DNA of 64,000 nt from a bacterium (GCA_021814165.1 JAKAIX010000001.1:216369-280368), one strand, 5' to 3'. Positions 38,301-48,033 are shown, counted from the first letter of the stretch. The notes: generated by a model from the letters alone, not told the origin. Made by a program: numbers and translations.

Positions 38301-39041
38301 GAGCAGAAGCCGTTTCTGGCGGTTTGCGTCCTGTACTCTCTCAAGATCCTTTTCGAGCGTCTTCGCGGTCGCTTTGAGATCGATTTTTTCGAGAATCGCG
38401 CGGAGCGCTCCCGCACCTTGCGCGGCTTCGAATACATCGCCGAAGCGTTCCGCAAGACGGTAGTATTCGTCCTGCGTGAGAATTAGTCCCGGCTTCAAGA
38501 GCGCTATGATTTCCTTCATCTCCTGCTGTCGATCCTTGAGTTCCTGCTCATCCATTTCCTTTTCCGCCTTGAGCGATTTGTATTCCTGATCAAGACCTTG
38601 GAGCGCACGCTTTTTGTTTTCTTCGTCAACCGACGTCACGATATACGCGGCGTAATAGATGACCTTCTCAAGCTTAGGAACCGAGATATTGAGCATTAAA
38701 CTCAAACGCGAAGGGACTGTTTTCAAAAACCACACGTGAGCGACCGGCGCCGCGAGGGTTATGTGTCCCATTCGCTCGCGGCGAACCGCGGCACGGGTAA
38801 CCTCGACGCCGCACTTCTCGCACGTGACGCCCTTATATCTGATCTTCTTGTATTTTCCGCAGTAGCATTCGTAATCTTTCGTGGGACCGAATATCCGTTC
38901 CGAGAAAAGTCCGTCCTTTTCCGGCCGTTGAGTACGGTAGTTTAACGTTTCCGGTTTTGTCACTTCGCCCTTGGACCACGAAAGCACCTCATCGGGAGAT
39001 GCTAACCGTATCGAGATCGATTTTAATTCCATGTTGTTCAT
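35388..39041 (-). CDS. rpoC: DNA-directed RNA polymerase subunit beta'
   Basis: Zinc finger CYCGKYKKIRYKGVTCEKCGVEV, catalytic NADFDGDQMAVH, trigger loop and clamp regions. 1217 aa. Confidence 0.97.
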   Translation of the reverse strand: MNNMELKSISIRLASPDEVLSWSKGEVTKPETLNYRTQRPEKDGLFSERIFGPTKDYECYCGKYKKIRYKGVTCEKCGVEVTRAAVRRERMGHITLAAPVAHVWFLKTVPSRLSLMLNISVPKLEKVIYYAAYIVTSVDEENKKRALQGLDQEYKSLKAEKEMDEQELKDRQQEMKEIIALLKPGLILTQDEYYRLAERFGDVFEAAQGAGALRAILEKIDLKATAKTLEKDLERVQDANRQKRLLLRLRLVRSMIRAGVRPEWMIQTVLPVLPPDLRPMVALDGGHYATADLNDLYGRVINRNNRLKKLMELKSPEVIIVNEKRMLQEAVDALIDNTARLGSQLLSSKRRPLRSLADMLKGKQGRFRQNLLGKRVDYSGRSVIVVGPELKLNECGLPKHMALELFRPFVINKLIERNLAFNIKQANRLIEQGPPEVWAILEEVIEHRRVLLNRAPTLHRLGIQAFKPVLIEDLAIRIPPLVCAAFNADFDGDQMAVHLPLTTEAQFEAEELMDAGRNLLKPANGDPIVSPTQDMVLGVYYLTHIRPGAKGEGRVFSSPDEVMFAYEHGVVDYNAAIKVKMNGAIVDTSYGRIIFNEVLPPEMEFVNATFDKQGLTRLVTSIIERLGIHESRIYLDKIKDAGFSYATLSSTTWGMMDTIVPKEKQEILVVSRERAMMVGKQYEEGLLTDEERKSKIVAIWMKAREDVAALIPKVVVEGNPIYSIISSKARGSWAQMIQMMGMKGLVQDTRGETMELPATSCYKEGLGVLEYFITTHGARKGSTDTALKTASAGYLTRRLVDVAQDVFINETNCKSKEGITITKSEGDAYGYRFAERLYSRTALEDIRADRKIVVKAGEIISREAAKKIQEAGIESVVVRSPITCKAVYGICIGCYGLDLGRNKEVDLGEAVGIVAAQSIGEPGTQLTLRTFHVGGVAGVDITHGLPRVEEVFESRPPKGKSTLNKAEGIVHDIEEKGLSTIIRIRETAGKKRATKKRRRASDDASVVEYLVPHGASIYVKIGDKVERGQQLYEGPLDLKEILAYRGVDAVIHYIINEVQKIYVPEGAVINDKHIEIIVRQMLSRVTIKDSGDTDFMQGEIVEKQKFIAVNRAMKRVKKQPARAVQKIFGVTRVALTTESFLSSASFQETARVLVDASTQGKTDVLYGLKENVIIGKLIPVGTGWRGFPEEQFEKFREKLTGVKNADTIGDEQQEEKE

Positions 39042-39048
39042 AGGGGTG

Positions 39049-42000
39049 TTATTCCGTTACTTCTTGATCCCTTTCCTCTACATCGCTGTCACGACTCTTT
39101 TCATACTCATAGGTCACGTTCAACCCGAGCGATTTAAGTTCGCTTACCAGCACGTTGAATGACGCCGGGATGTTCGGCTTCCTGATTTCCTGACCGCGGA
39201 TGATTGACTCGAACGCGGCCGATCGCCCCATCACGTCGTCCGATTTAATAGTGAGCATTTCTTGGAGCGTATGCGCGGCTCCGTATCCTTCGAGTGCCCA
39301 CACTTCCATTTCTCCAAATCGTTGGCCTCCGAGCTGAGCTTTCCCGCCCAAGGGCTGCTGGGTGATAAGAGAATAAGGGCCCGTCGATCGCACGTGCATT
39401 TTATCTTCAACGAGGTGGCTTAATTTCATAATATACATATATCCCACCGTTACCGGTTCTTTGAATTTCTGCCCGGTAAGACCGTTGAACACGTTCATTT
39501 TCCCCGTTTCGCTCACCCCGGCGGCAACAAGTTCTTTCTTTATTTCCTCTTCTCCCGCTCCCACGAAACTCGGAACTACCGCGCGATAGCCGAGCTTTTT
39601 CGCGGCAAGCCCGAGATGCGTCTCAAGAATCTGACCTAAATTCATACGCGAGGCGACACCCAGCGGATTTAATACGATATCGACAGGCGTACCGTCTTCA
39701 AGGTACGGCATGTCTTCCATCTTCCTTACTTGAGAAATGACGCCTTTGTTGCCGTAGCGTCCGGCGAGCTTGTCGCCCGCACTTACTTTCCGGAGTTGCG
39801 CAACTTCAACCTGGATTTTCTTGATAATACCGGGTTCAAGCTTGTCTCCCTTGTCACGGGAGAAAATCTTGATACCGATCACTCTCCCCTGTTTTCCGTG
39901 AGGAAGCGTAAGCGACGAATCTTTTACGTCGCGCGCTTTCTCTCCGAATATCGCACGGAGCAGACGTTCCTCCGACGTAAGTTCCGACTCGCCTTTCGGA
40001 GATATCTTTCCGACGAGTATATCGTTCGCTCTAACTTCGGCACCGATACGCACGATGCCTTCCGCATCGAGATTTCTCAACTTGTCTTCCGCAACATTCG
40101 GGATATCGGGCGTCGTAATTTCGGCGCCAAGTTTCGTGTCACGCACGAGGCATACGAAGGTTTCGATATAAATGGAGGTGAAGAAATCTTCACGCGCGAC
40201 GCGCTCTGAAAGTATGATTGCATCTTCGAAATTCGCCCCCCTCCAAGGAAGGAACGCAACAAGGAGATTCTTTCCGAGTGCGAGTACGCCTTCTTCGGTC
40301 GCGGGACCATCCGCGAGTACTTGGCCCGGCTTCACTTTATCGCCCACGTTCACAATCGGACGCTGGGACATGCACGTCGACTGGTTCGATCGCTTGAATT
40401 TGTAGAGCGGGTATGTTTTCGCACCGTGCTCCGTTTTCACCGTAACCCCGCTTGCGTCAACTTCCGAAACGACGCCGTGAACGTCGGATACGATCACCTG
40501 TCCGGAATAATGCGCCGCTCGTTCTTCTTCTCCCGTACCTACGAGAGGCGCTTCCGGCTTCACTGTCGGAACCGCCTGACGCTGCATGTTTGATCCCATG
40601 AGCACTCTGTTCGCATCACTATGTTCGATGAAAGGTATAAGAGAGGTGGAGATGCTGATCATTTGGTCCGTGGCGACATCGACAAAGTCAACCTCTTTAC
40701 GGAGACACGTTCCCGGCACTCCTTTCAGCCGGGCAGGAACCGTAGCGGGCAGCAAAGATCCCTTCTCGTCCGTCGCCACGTCCGCCTGCGTAATATTGTA
40801 TTTTTCTTCGGCTATGGCGGAGAGCCATACCACCTCTTTCGTTATCACTCCGTCCTTCACCTTGAAATACGGCGTTTCCAGGAATCCGAATTCGTTGATA
40901 CGGGCATGGTTTGCAAGATAGTTCACGAGACCGATATTCGCGCCTTCAGGCGTCTGGATAGGGCAGATACGCCCGTAATACGACGGGTGTACGTCCCTCA
41001 CCTCGAATCCCGCACGCTCACGGGTGAGCCCCCCGGGGCCCATAGCCGAGAGACGGCGTTTATGCTCGAGTTCCGCAAGAGGATTCACCTGGTCCATAAA
41101 CTGCGAAAGCGGAGACGCCGCAAAGAGATCCCGCACCACCGAAGTAAGAAGTTTGTAGTTAATGAGTTGCGCGGGTTGGAGTCCCGTCCGTTCCAGAGTT
41201 GACATCCGATCCTGAATGCCGCGTTTCAGACGGGCAAATCCGATGCGCAATCTCGATTGAATGAGCTCTCCCACGGAACGGATGCGGCGATTGCCAAGAT
41301 GATCGATATCGTCCGGCTCCGCCCCCTGATTGTTATTCAAGCGGATAATCTCCGCGATAATCGCGATTAAGTCATCTTTATCGAGCAATCTGCTCTTCTT
41401 TTTTTCAAACCCGAGTCGTTCATTAAACTTGTAGCGTCCCACGGCGCTCAAATCGTATCTGTCGAAACGGGAGAACATCGGTTCGATCAGAAGCTTGGCG
41501 TTCTCAACAGTCGCAAGATCCCCCGGACGAAGACGCCGATAAATCTCGATAAACGCGTCGTCCGTCGTCTTTGCCTCGTCTTTTTTCAGGGTTACATCGA
41601 TATGCTTCGTACTCCCCGCGTCCACTCCCCCGAACGCCTTGAAGATCGCGTCATTCGAAGAAACGCCGAATATACGGAGAAGCTGCGTCACCGGTGCCTT
41701 GCGGCGCCGATCGATCTTCACTCCGAGAAATCCGTCAGACTCGGTCTCAAATTCCAACCATGCGCCTCTGTTCGGAATAACTTTTGCGCTGAACAACTTT
41801 CTTCCGCGATACATAACCGCGGAGAAGTATACGCCGGGAGAACGTATAATCTGGGAGATCACGACGCGTTCGACGCCGTTGATAATAAAAGTTCCCCGGT
41901 CGGTCATGAGGGGGAAATCACCGAGATACACCTCTTGTGTTTTTTCTTCCTTGGTTTCCTTATTGACGAGTTTCACGTTCACCCGAAGCGGCGCTTCGTA

Positions 42001-42237
42001 CGTCTGATCCTTCTCGAGAGCTTTCGCCTCCGTATACTTCGGCTCGTCGAATTTGTAGTCGAGAAAGCTCAACTCAAGCTCGTTGCCGGTATGATCCTGG
42101 ATCGGAGAAATTTCATCAAACAACTCGCGAAGACCGTGAGCGAGAAACCACTTGTACGAATCCGTTTGAATCGCCACCGGGTTCGTGGTGGTGTGTATCG
42201 GACCTTTATACGAAGAAAAAACTTTTACTTTTTGCAT
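39049..42237 (-). CDS. rpoB: DNA-directed RNA polymerase subunit beta
   Basis: Rif-cluster region, GEMEVWALEGYGAAHTLQEMLTIKSDD near the C-terminus. 1062 aa. Sits 7 nt upstream of rpoC. Confidence 0.97.
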   Translation of the reverse strand: MQKVKVFSSYKGPIHTTTNPVAIQTDSYKWFLAHGLRELFDEISPIQDHTGNELELSFLDYKFDEPKYTEAKALEKDQTYEAPLRVNVKLVNKETKEEKTQEVYLGDFPLMTDRGTFIINGVERVVISQIIRSPGVYFSAVMYRGRKLFSAKVIPNRGAWLEFETESDGFLGVKIDRRRKAPVTQLLRIFGVSSNDAIFKAFGGVDAGSTKHIDVTLKKDEAKTTDDAFIEIYRRLRPGDLATVENAKLLIEPMFSRFDRYDLSAVGRYKFNERLGFEKKKSRLLDKDDLIAIIAEIIRLNNNQGAEPDDIDHLGNRRIRSVGELIQSRLRIGFARLKRGIQDRMSTLERTGLQPAQLINYKLLTSVVRDLFAASPLSQFMDQVNPLAELEHKRRLSAMGPGGLTRERAGFEVRDVHPSYYGRICPIQTPEGANIGLVNYLANHARINEFGFLETPYFKVKDGVITKEVVWLSAIAEEKYNITQADVATDEKGSLLPATVPARLKGVPGTCLRKEVDFVDVATDQMISISTSLIPFIEHSDANRVLMGSNMQRQAVPTVKPEAPLVGTGEEERAAHYSGQVIVSDVHGVVSEVDASGVTVKTEHGAKTYPLYKFKRSNQSTCMSQRPIVNVGDKVKPGQVLADGPATEEGVLALGKNLLVAFLPWRGANFEDAIILSERVAREDFFTSIYIETFVCLVRDTKLGAEITTPDIPNVAEDKLRNLDAEGIVRIGAEVRANDILVGKISPKGESELTSEERLLRAIFGEKARDVKDSSLTLPHGKQGRVIGIKIFSRDKGDKLEPGIIKKIQVEVAQLRKVSAGDKLAGRYGNKGVISQVRKMEDMPYLEDGTPVDIVLNPLGVASRMNLGQILETHLGLAAKKLGYRAVVPSFVGAGEEEIKKELVAAGVSETGKMNVFNGLTGQKFKEPVTVGYMYIMKLSHLVEDKMHVRSTGPYSLITQQPLGGKAQLGGQRFGEMEVWALEGYGAAHTLQEMLTIKSDDVMGRSAAFESIIRGQEIRKPNIPASFNVLVSELKSLGLNVTYEYEKSRDSDVEERDQEVTE

Positions 42238-42272
42238 GATGGGTTACCAATGTGGTCGACTGATCTTTTTTC

Positions 42273-43289
42273 TTAAAAATAGCGAGTTTGGTTTTGGTTA
42301 TGTTCGAGAAGGGTCTTTGAATAGACGGTTTTCCCGTCAGGAGCCGAGAGATAATAAAGATAGTCGCTTGAAACCGGATGCAATGCCGCTTCTATCGCGT
42401 CTTTCCCGGGATTTCCGATCGGCGTGGGAGTGAACCCGCGATAGGTGTATGTATTGAAGGGGGAATCGATCTTCGTATCCTGCTTCGTGAGCGTACGCGA
42501 ACCGCAGCTTTCAAGCGCGCCTTTGCATTTCGCATAAAGCACCGTCGCGTCAACCTGAAGCGGCATCCCTATCGAAAAGCGCTTCAAGAGAATGCCTCCG
42601 ACAAGCCGCCTGTCCTCTTCGGTAACCACTTCCTTCTCAAGGTATGAAGCAAGCGTGAGCGATTGGTACCAGTTGCTGTTTTGCGAAAGAAGCGGCCACG
42701 CTTTCGTCTCGAATGCGTCCAAAAACCGCCTGACTGCCTGTTCGGGCGTTGCGCGGATGGAAAACTCATACGTATCGGGAAAAAGAAAACCCTCGAGCGA
42801 CGAGGCGTTATTCAAAAACGGATAGGATTCCTGAAGCGACTTGAGCGGCATGTGTATAATGTCACCGGGAGCCGTCACGCCCGCGTTCGCGAGAACGGCA
42901 TCGATATCCTTCATCGTGGTCCCTTCGGTAATCGTAACCGTTACTTCATTTTTCACGCCTCGGGCGAGCTCGCGCACGATTTCGGGCACGCTCATCGTGC
43001 GATCAAGCACATACACTCCGGGCTGGAATTTGCGCGCGCTCCCTGTTACAAAAGAATAAAGTTTAAACACGGTGATTGAACGAATTAAAGAATCGCTGGA
43101 TAAACGCGCTCCGATCGATCGGAAGCTCTCTCCTTTTACGACTTCAAATGTAGTCGGTGTCGCTTCCCCCATAACCGGCTGCAGCCCGTAGAAAAAATAT
43201 GCGGCGCAAAGAATGAATAGAAGGACCGCCCCCAACACAATGAGAAAACGCAAACCGAGAAGCCCTCGTTGTTTATCCTGAGGATTCAA
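42273..43289 (-). CDS. mltG: endolytic murein transglycosylase MltG (YceG-like)
   Basis: N-terminal TM, LysM-like segment, YceG core with conserved catalytic-Glu region (LLQVDATVLYA...). Confidence 0.8.
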   Translation of the reverse strand: MNPQDKQRGLLGLRFLIVLGAVLLFILCAAYFFYGLQPVMGEATPTTFEVVKGESFRSIGARLSSDSLIRSITVFKLYSFVTGSARKFQPGVYVLDRTMSVPEIVRELARGVKNEVTVTITEGTTMKDIDAVLANAGVTAPGDIIHMPLKSLQESYPFLNNASSLEGFLFPDTYEFSIRATPEQAVRRFLDAFETKAWPLLSQNSNWYQSLTLASYLEKEVVTEEDRRLVGGILLKRFSIGMPLQVDATVLYAKCKGALESCGSRTLTKQDTKIDSPFNTYTYRGFTPTPIGNPGKDAIEAALHPVSSDYLYYLSAPDGKTVYSKTLLEHNQNQTRYF

Positions 43290-44367
43290 TTTTTATGTGT
43301 TGAATTATACTAATGAGCGTTGCAATCGTCAAGAGACTTGATCCGCCGTAGCTCACGAAAGGAAGGGTGATACCGGTTACCGGCACCAGGCCGAGATTTG
43401 AACCGACATTAATCAGAAACTGTATGAAAAGAATAAGCGCACTCCCCAACACTACGAACTTCTCTTCGTTACTCCCCGCTCTAAGCCCGATATTCGTTAA
43501 TTGTACGAATATAAAGAAGAAAGTCAAGAGAAGTATGGCGTCAGCGGCTATACCCCACTCCTCCGTAAAGGCGGCGAAGATGAAATCCGTATGGGCTTCG
43601 GGGAGGAAATGAAACTGAATCTGCGTCCCCTGTCCAAACCCTTTTCCCCACAGTCCGGCGGAACCGATCGCGATTTTTGACTGGATTACGTTGTAGTTGA
43701 TACCCAGCGGGTCCCGCTCCGGAAAGAGGAATCCCGTAAGCCGGTCTTTTTGATACGGCTTAAGAAATGACGTCCAAAGCAGTATGAGGCAACCGACTCC
43801 CACCGCGAGGCCGATCAGGAATCGTTTCTTATTCACCCCGCTCATCAGCATAAACCCAAGCCAGATGCTCATGACGATAATCGTGGATCCGAGATCGGGA
43901 TGAACCGCAATCAAGAATGCGGGAATCATCGTGTAACAAAGTGAAATGAAAAGATTTTTTGTCCTCCAGACCGCGACATAACGCTTCGTAAAGAATCCCG
44001 CGAGGAAAATCACAAGCGCGAATTTTGCGAACTCCGCCGGTTCGAATTGGAACCCGCCGATCGAAAGCCAGCTTTTCGTTCCTCTGACGAGCGTCGATTG
44101 CAGGTTCGAGATCACGAGAAAAAAGACCGCAGCCCAATATGCTCCGTACCTGAATGCGGACCAACGCAAGAGCCACGACCACGGCAATCGGCTCCCGAAT
44201 ATAATTATGACGAACGCGACCCCGTACCAAATAAGCTGCCGCAAGAAAAAGGTGCGGTCATAACTCGCGAGCGTAAGCAAGCTTACCGCCGCGAGCACCA
44301 TAAATCCGCCGACAAGCGCCCAGTCCAGTTTTTGAAGTCGCGAAAAAAGCATATTACTCTTCCGCAC
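43273..44367 (-). CDS. SEDS-family peptidoglycan glycosyltransferase (FtsW/RodA)
   Basis: 364 aa, about 10 TM. FtsW/RodA motifs GGFQFEPAEFAKFALVIFLAGFF and PEAHTDFIFAAFTEEWG. Confidence 0.85.
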   Translation of the reverse strand: MRKSNMLFSRLQKLDWALVGGFMVLAAVSLLTLASYDRTFFLRQLIWYGVAFVIIIFGSRLPWSWLLRWSAFRYGAYWAAVFFLVISNLQSTLVRGTKSWLSIGGFQFEPAEFAKFALVIFLAGFFTKRYVAVWRTKNLFISLCYTMIPAFLIAVHPDLGSTIIVMSIWLGFMLMSGVNKKRFLIGLAVGVGCLILLWTSFLKPYQKDRLTGFLFPERDPLGINYNVIQSKIAIGSAGLWGKGFGQGTQIQFHFLPEAHTDFIFAAFTEEWGIAADAILLLTFFFIFVQLTNIGLRAGSNEEKFVVLGSALILFIQFLINVGSNLGLVPVTGITLPFVSYGGSSLLTIATLISIIQHIKIESSG

Positions 44368-45076
44368 TCACAAATACCCTGGTTCTGGAACCGTCGATCC
44401 TTCCGACGAGCGCCGGGTCGGGAGGAATATACACGGAGAAAGGAACGGAGCTCAGGCTTCCGATCCGCTCAAGAAGCGTCTGCCCGCCGAATACGGGATC
44501 ATCATACGTATTATAGAGAAGGACCGTCACTTTCACCGTCCCTGTCGAAAGAGGGCTTGTGTTCCGGATTGATCCCTCCACCTTTATTCCGTCACTCGCG
44601 ACCGTGGTGGTAGGCCGTCCGTCAACCGCAAGATGCGGCTCAAGAAGTACGCTCCTTGGAACCCACTCCGGCGACAGACTGAGATCGGCACGCGAAGCTC
44701 TTCCGATGTTGTAAGAAGTTCCTTCGTATGACGAAAGAAGAAATTTTGACTCTCCCGGGAATATTGCATCCGACCCCCTTACCTGGTCCACGCGAGCGCC
44801 GTTTCCGTCATAGAGCGTAAACGTGTAATCGAGCTTTCTCGCGCCATATTCGGCATTCTTGTTTGAAATTCCCGCGAGAAGAATAATACGGGAAAGATCA
44901 CTGCTCTTAAAGAGCTGAATCGGCTCCTGGACGGCAATCGGGATCGCTTTGTCTTGCGCGGCGGGCAATCCGCTCTCCGAAGCCGCGCCGGAGCCGCCGA
45001 ACATCCGATACAAGAGAAGTCCGAAAATAAAAAGATAAACGAATCCGTACACAAATTGTTTCGCTCCGCGAGTCAT
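44354..45076 (-). CDS. hypothetical membrane-anchored protein
   Basis: 240 aa. N-terminal TM helix then a beta-rich soluble domain. No motif recognised. Confidence 0.4.
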   Translation of the reverse strand: MTRGAKQFVYGFVYLFIFGLLLYRMFGGSGAASESGLPAAQDKAIPIAVQEPIQLFKSSDLSRIILLAGISNKNAEYGARKLDYTFTLYDGNGARVDQVRGSDAIFPGESKFLLSSYEGTSYNIGRASRADLSLSPEWVPRSVLLEPHLAVDGRPTTTVASDGIKVEGSIRNTSPLSTGTVKVTVLLYNTYDDPVFGGQTLLERIGSLSSVPFSVYIPPDPALVGRIDGSRTRVFVSAEE

Positions 45077-45143
45077 AAAGTTATAGTAACATAGACCGCC
45101 ACCCGGAGACCGGGTTTTTGGAAATGACGGAAATCAACGCAAA

Positions 45144-45410
45144 CTATTTCTCGAAAAACACTTCGTCCCCTTCACGTACTTTATCCTTCACTTTTACCCC
45201 GACTTCCTGCCCTTTCTTCGCGCTTTCAATTGCTTCGTGATCATACTGCATCGATTTTATCTGTTCCGCAAAGTCGGTCGTCGCTCCCTTAAAACGGATC
45301 GTATCGCCTACTTTCACCACCGTGTTGCATTTTATGATCGCAACATCAATGCCACCGAAATAGTGCGTGACGACGCCGATTGATTTTTCTTCTTTTGGTT
45401 GTTTCGGCAT
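45144..45410 (-). CDS. hypothetical small protein (88 aa)
   Basis: Compact ORF with a Lys-rich C-terminus and a beta-barrel-like pattern (GDTIRFKG...VKVKDKVREGDEVF). No confident family. Confidence 0.4.
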   Translation of the reverse strand: MPKQPKEEKSIGVVTHYFGGIDVAIIKCNTVVKVGDTIRFKGATTDFAEQIKSMQYDHEAIESAKKGQEVGVKVKDKVREGDEVFFEK

Positions 45411-45441
45411 CCTGTATGCTTTATATCCGGCCTTTCAATCA

Positions 45442-47268
45442 TTATACTACCTCGCTTTGGTAGCACTGTTCACAATACACCGCCTCGGGGCGGTCGGGAG
45501 CATAGGGAGTATCGAACTCGTTGGGACAAGGTTTCTCGTCATGGAAATGGGGCGTGGTGTTGCGGTAGGGAGATTTATCCCCTAATTCCTTATTCCCTGC
45601 CTGCGCAGGCAGGCTTATTTCTGACTCCCTTCCGTCGCATGTGCACCTTCGGCGCCAGAGCCTGACAGGGTTTCTTCTTGTCATCCTCCCGAAATGCCGG
45701 CAGTTCGAGCAAAGCCGGGGAAGCGGCAGATTCATCTTCCTGTAGAACATAAGCTCCTCGGGAATGATCTTGAAAGCGAATGAACATTTCTCGTTACATC
45801 CGCCGGAACTTGCGTGAGCGCAACCGATAATTTCGTTCACGATCGAATCATCCGTATCCCGGATGGCATCGGGAAGCTCTTCCGATTTTTTGGTAACCGA
45901 GTAGTGTTTCGTCTCTTCTTCCCTCCAGATGTATCCCCCGGCCGTTACTTCTTCCCTCGAAAGCGGAAAGTATTCTTGAGCGATTGTCTCGTTGTAAGCG
46001 AAAGGAGAGAGTTCCGAAGGAAAGAATTCTCCGTACCGGTACGTCATCCCCTTCTTATCAACATACGGCACTCCCTCCATCTGGTTAATAATCCGCGGTA
46101 CAAGTTCCTTATATTCCTCTTTCGTGTACTGCTTGTTCAGAATGCAATACTCTTTTTTCCGGAGACCGATGCAGCCGAAACAGTTTTGACACCCGTGGCA
46201 GGCGTAGGAATAGGCAACGTCGTTCCCCGTCCACACGAATATATCGAAATAGAATCTATTTCCATCCGCACCGGTATCAACCGACTCGTAGAGAAGTTCG
46301 GCATTCGCACCAAGCCCGTAGCCGTCGTATGCGTCATACATTTTCATTCCCCCGTTGATGCAGTAACGGCAATCGCGGACGTCATTCGAGATATCGAAGG
46401 AATCCCTGCAGTTGCTCACGTTCGTCAAATTGTCTCCGGTAGCATTCTGCGAATTTACGATATTCGCGTACTTTCTTAAGGCGTTTTTCTTGATATCCTC
46501 GAATTTTGCCTTGAATTTTTCCATCTCCGCGGCGCTGCCGAGATTGAATCCCTTCAGCGTTTCAAGATATTCGTCCCGCGAATACGGTCGATTAAAGATG
46601 TGGTAGGATTTGTTTCTCAGGTTCGTACACCCGAAACAGTTGTTGCATCCGCGACATTCGTAAAGGAAGTACGAATCGCTGCAGTTTTCGCAGTTTTCCG
46701 CATAGATAACCCGGTAAAGCTTCGACGAGCCTATGGCCTCATAACACAACTCTGAGTTGTTCACCACGAGAAGATCGGAGGAATCCTTTGCTCCCAGTAT
46801 TTTGCTGCTGTAGAGAAGGTTCTCCCCTCCCCATGTGGCGAAGACCAGATAAGAGTCCTTCAATTCCCCGTTATGATTGCCGTAATCGCTCCGTACGCAA
46901 CGACTGTTGAAGACGGATGGCATGGGTATCTTCCCCAGAAGCTCCCGGAACTGCGAGAAAAACGGTTTTGAGAAATCGTACTCGGTCCCGAACGAGAGCG
47001 GATCCCAGTCGTCGGACCACCATACGTCGCGGTCATACACATGAATTCCCGAGTCGGGAGCAAAGCAGGTGATAACCTGCTTCCCCGTCTTCTCGCATGC
47101 GCGTCTGTAGAGCGTACGTTCGTTGCGCCACGTCATCCTCCTCACGGCGCGACAGCTCGGGCAGAATGTCGGTGGCGGCACCTGTATTTTTCCGTAAAAA
47201 TCGATATCTTCCTGATCAATAACAAAAAGGGTCTTACAGCTCTGACAGGTTTTTGTTTCCGAACTCAT
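45442..47268 (-). CDS. hypothetical Cys-rich protein with duplicated zinc-ribbon termini and internal CxxC repeats
   Basis: 608 aa. N-terminus CQSCKTLF...FCPSCRAVRRMTWRNERTLYRRAC resembles C-terminus LCSNCRHFGRMTRRNPVRLWRRRCTC. Internal repeats ECRGCNNCFGCTNLRNKSY and ACHGCQNCFGCIGLRKKEY. No catalytic motif recognised. Confidence 0.6.
   Translation of the reverse strand: MSSETKTCQSCKTLFVIDQEDIDFYGKIQVPPPTFCPSCRAVRRMTWRNERTLYRRACEKTGKQVITCFAPDSGIHVYDRDVWWSDDWDPLSFGTEYDFSKPFFSQFRELLGKIPMPSVFNSRCVRSDYGNHNGELKDSYLVFATWGGENLLYSSKILGAKDSSDLLVVNNSELCYEAIGSSKLYRVIYAENCENCSDSYFLYECRGCNNCFGCTNLRNKSYHIFNRPYSRDEYLETLKGFNLGSAAEMEKFKAKFEDIKKNALRKYANIVNSQNATGDNLTNVSNCRDSFDISNDVRDCRYCINGGMKMYDAYDGYGLGANAELLYESVDTGADGNRFYFDIFVWTGNDVAYSYACHGCQNCFGCIGLRKKEYCILNKQYTKEEYKELVPRIINQMEGVPYVDKKGMTYRYGEFFPSELSPFAYNETIAQEYFPLSREEVTAGGYIWREEETKHYSVTKKSEELPDAIRDTDDSIVNEIIGCAHASSGGCNEKCSFAFKIIPEELMFYRKMNLPLPRLCSNCRHFGRMTRRNPVRLWRRRCTCDGRESEISLPAQAGNKELGDKSPYRNTTPHFHDEKPCPNEFDTPYAPDRPEAVYCEQCYQSEVV
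45596..45613. repeat. 18-bp perfect palindrome CCTGCCTGCGCAGGCAGG (copy inside the Cys-rich protein CDS)
   Basis: Identical to the copies at 8131 and 27576. Encodes LPAQAG near the C-terminus of the 45442..47268 ORF. Confidence 0.8.
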
Positions 47269-47276
47269 TTTGGCAA

Positions 47277-47975
47277 TTAAATATCCCTTGCGATAACCGC
47301 CATTTTTTTGAATTCCTTCGGATCAATACTCGCTCCTCCTACGAGAAGTCCTGTGATCTCTTTTTTCTCAAGGAAACTTTTTGCATTCCGTGAATTAGTT
47401 GACCCGCCGTATAACACGGGAACATGCAACATTTTCCGTATGACATCGGCAACATACGCTGCTTCTTCCGGGTCGGCATTTTTTCCCGTCCCGATCGCCC
47501 AGATAGGCTCGTAAGCGACGATAAGACTCTTCGAACGTTTTACACGTGAGAGCTGCTTCCTTATAAAGGCGCCGGCGGCATTTCTTCCCCTTCTTCGGAT
47601 GTCCATAGGTTCACCTACGCAAAGAATTACTTTCAGTCCCGCGTCCACACCCGCCTTTGCCTTTTTCGCAATCATCTCGTCGCTCTCCCCGAGGCGACGA
47701 CGCTCCGAGTGTCCGACAATCGCGTAACGGACGCCGAATTTCTTGAGCATCGCCGATGAAACCTCCCCTGTGTATGCCCCTTTTTCCTCAAAAAACGCGT
47801 CCTGCGCGCCGAGTGAAGCATTCTTCAAAACGCCTCTCACGGCGCCCAGAAACGGGAACGGCGGTACGATTACCACGTTATTCTTATCCTCCGCCCGCGC
47901 AATCCTTACCGCCTCGCGTTCAGTGAGCGGATTCATCTTCCAATTAGCAACGATTATTTTTTTCATAAGATTCAT
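47277..47975 (-). CDS. tpiA: triosephosphate isomerase
   Basis: ANWKMN, IVGHSERR, AYEPIWAIGTGK and GGS motifs. Confidence 0.9.
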   Translation of the reverse strand: MNLMKKIIVANWKMNPLTEREAVRIARAEDKNNVVIVPPFPFLGAVRGVLKNASLGAQDAFFEEKGAYTGEVSSAMLKKFGVRYAIVGHSERRRLGESDEMIAKKAKAGVDAGLKVILCVGEPMDIRRRGRNAAGAFIRKQLSRVKRSKSLIVAYEPIWAIGTGKNADPEEAAYVADVIRKMLHVPVLYGGSTNSRNAKSFLEKKEITGLLVGGASIDPKEFKKMAVIARDI

Positions 47976-48033
47976 CTCAATAATAATATCCCGCTTTCAA
48001 AAAATGCACTAGCTGAAAATGAGTCGCGGATTA

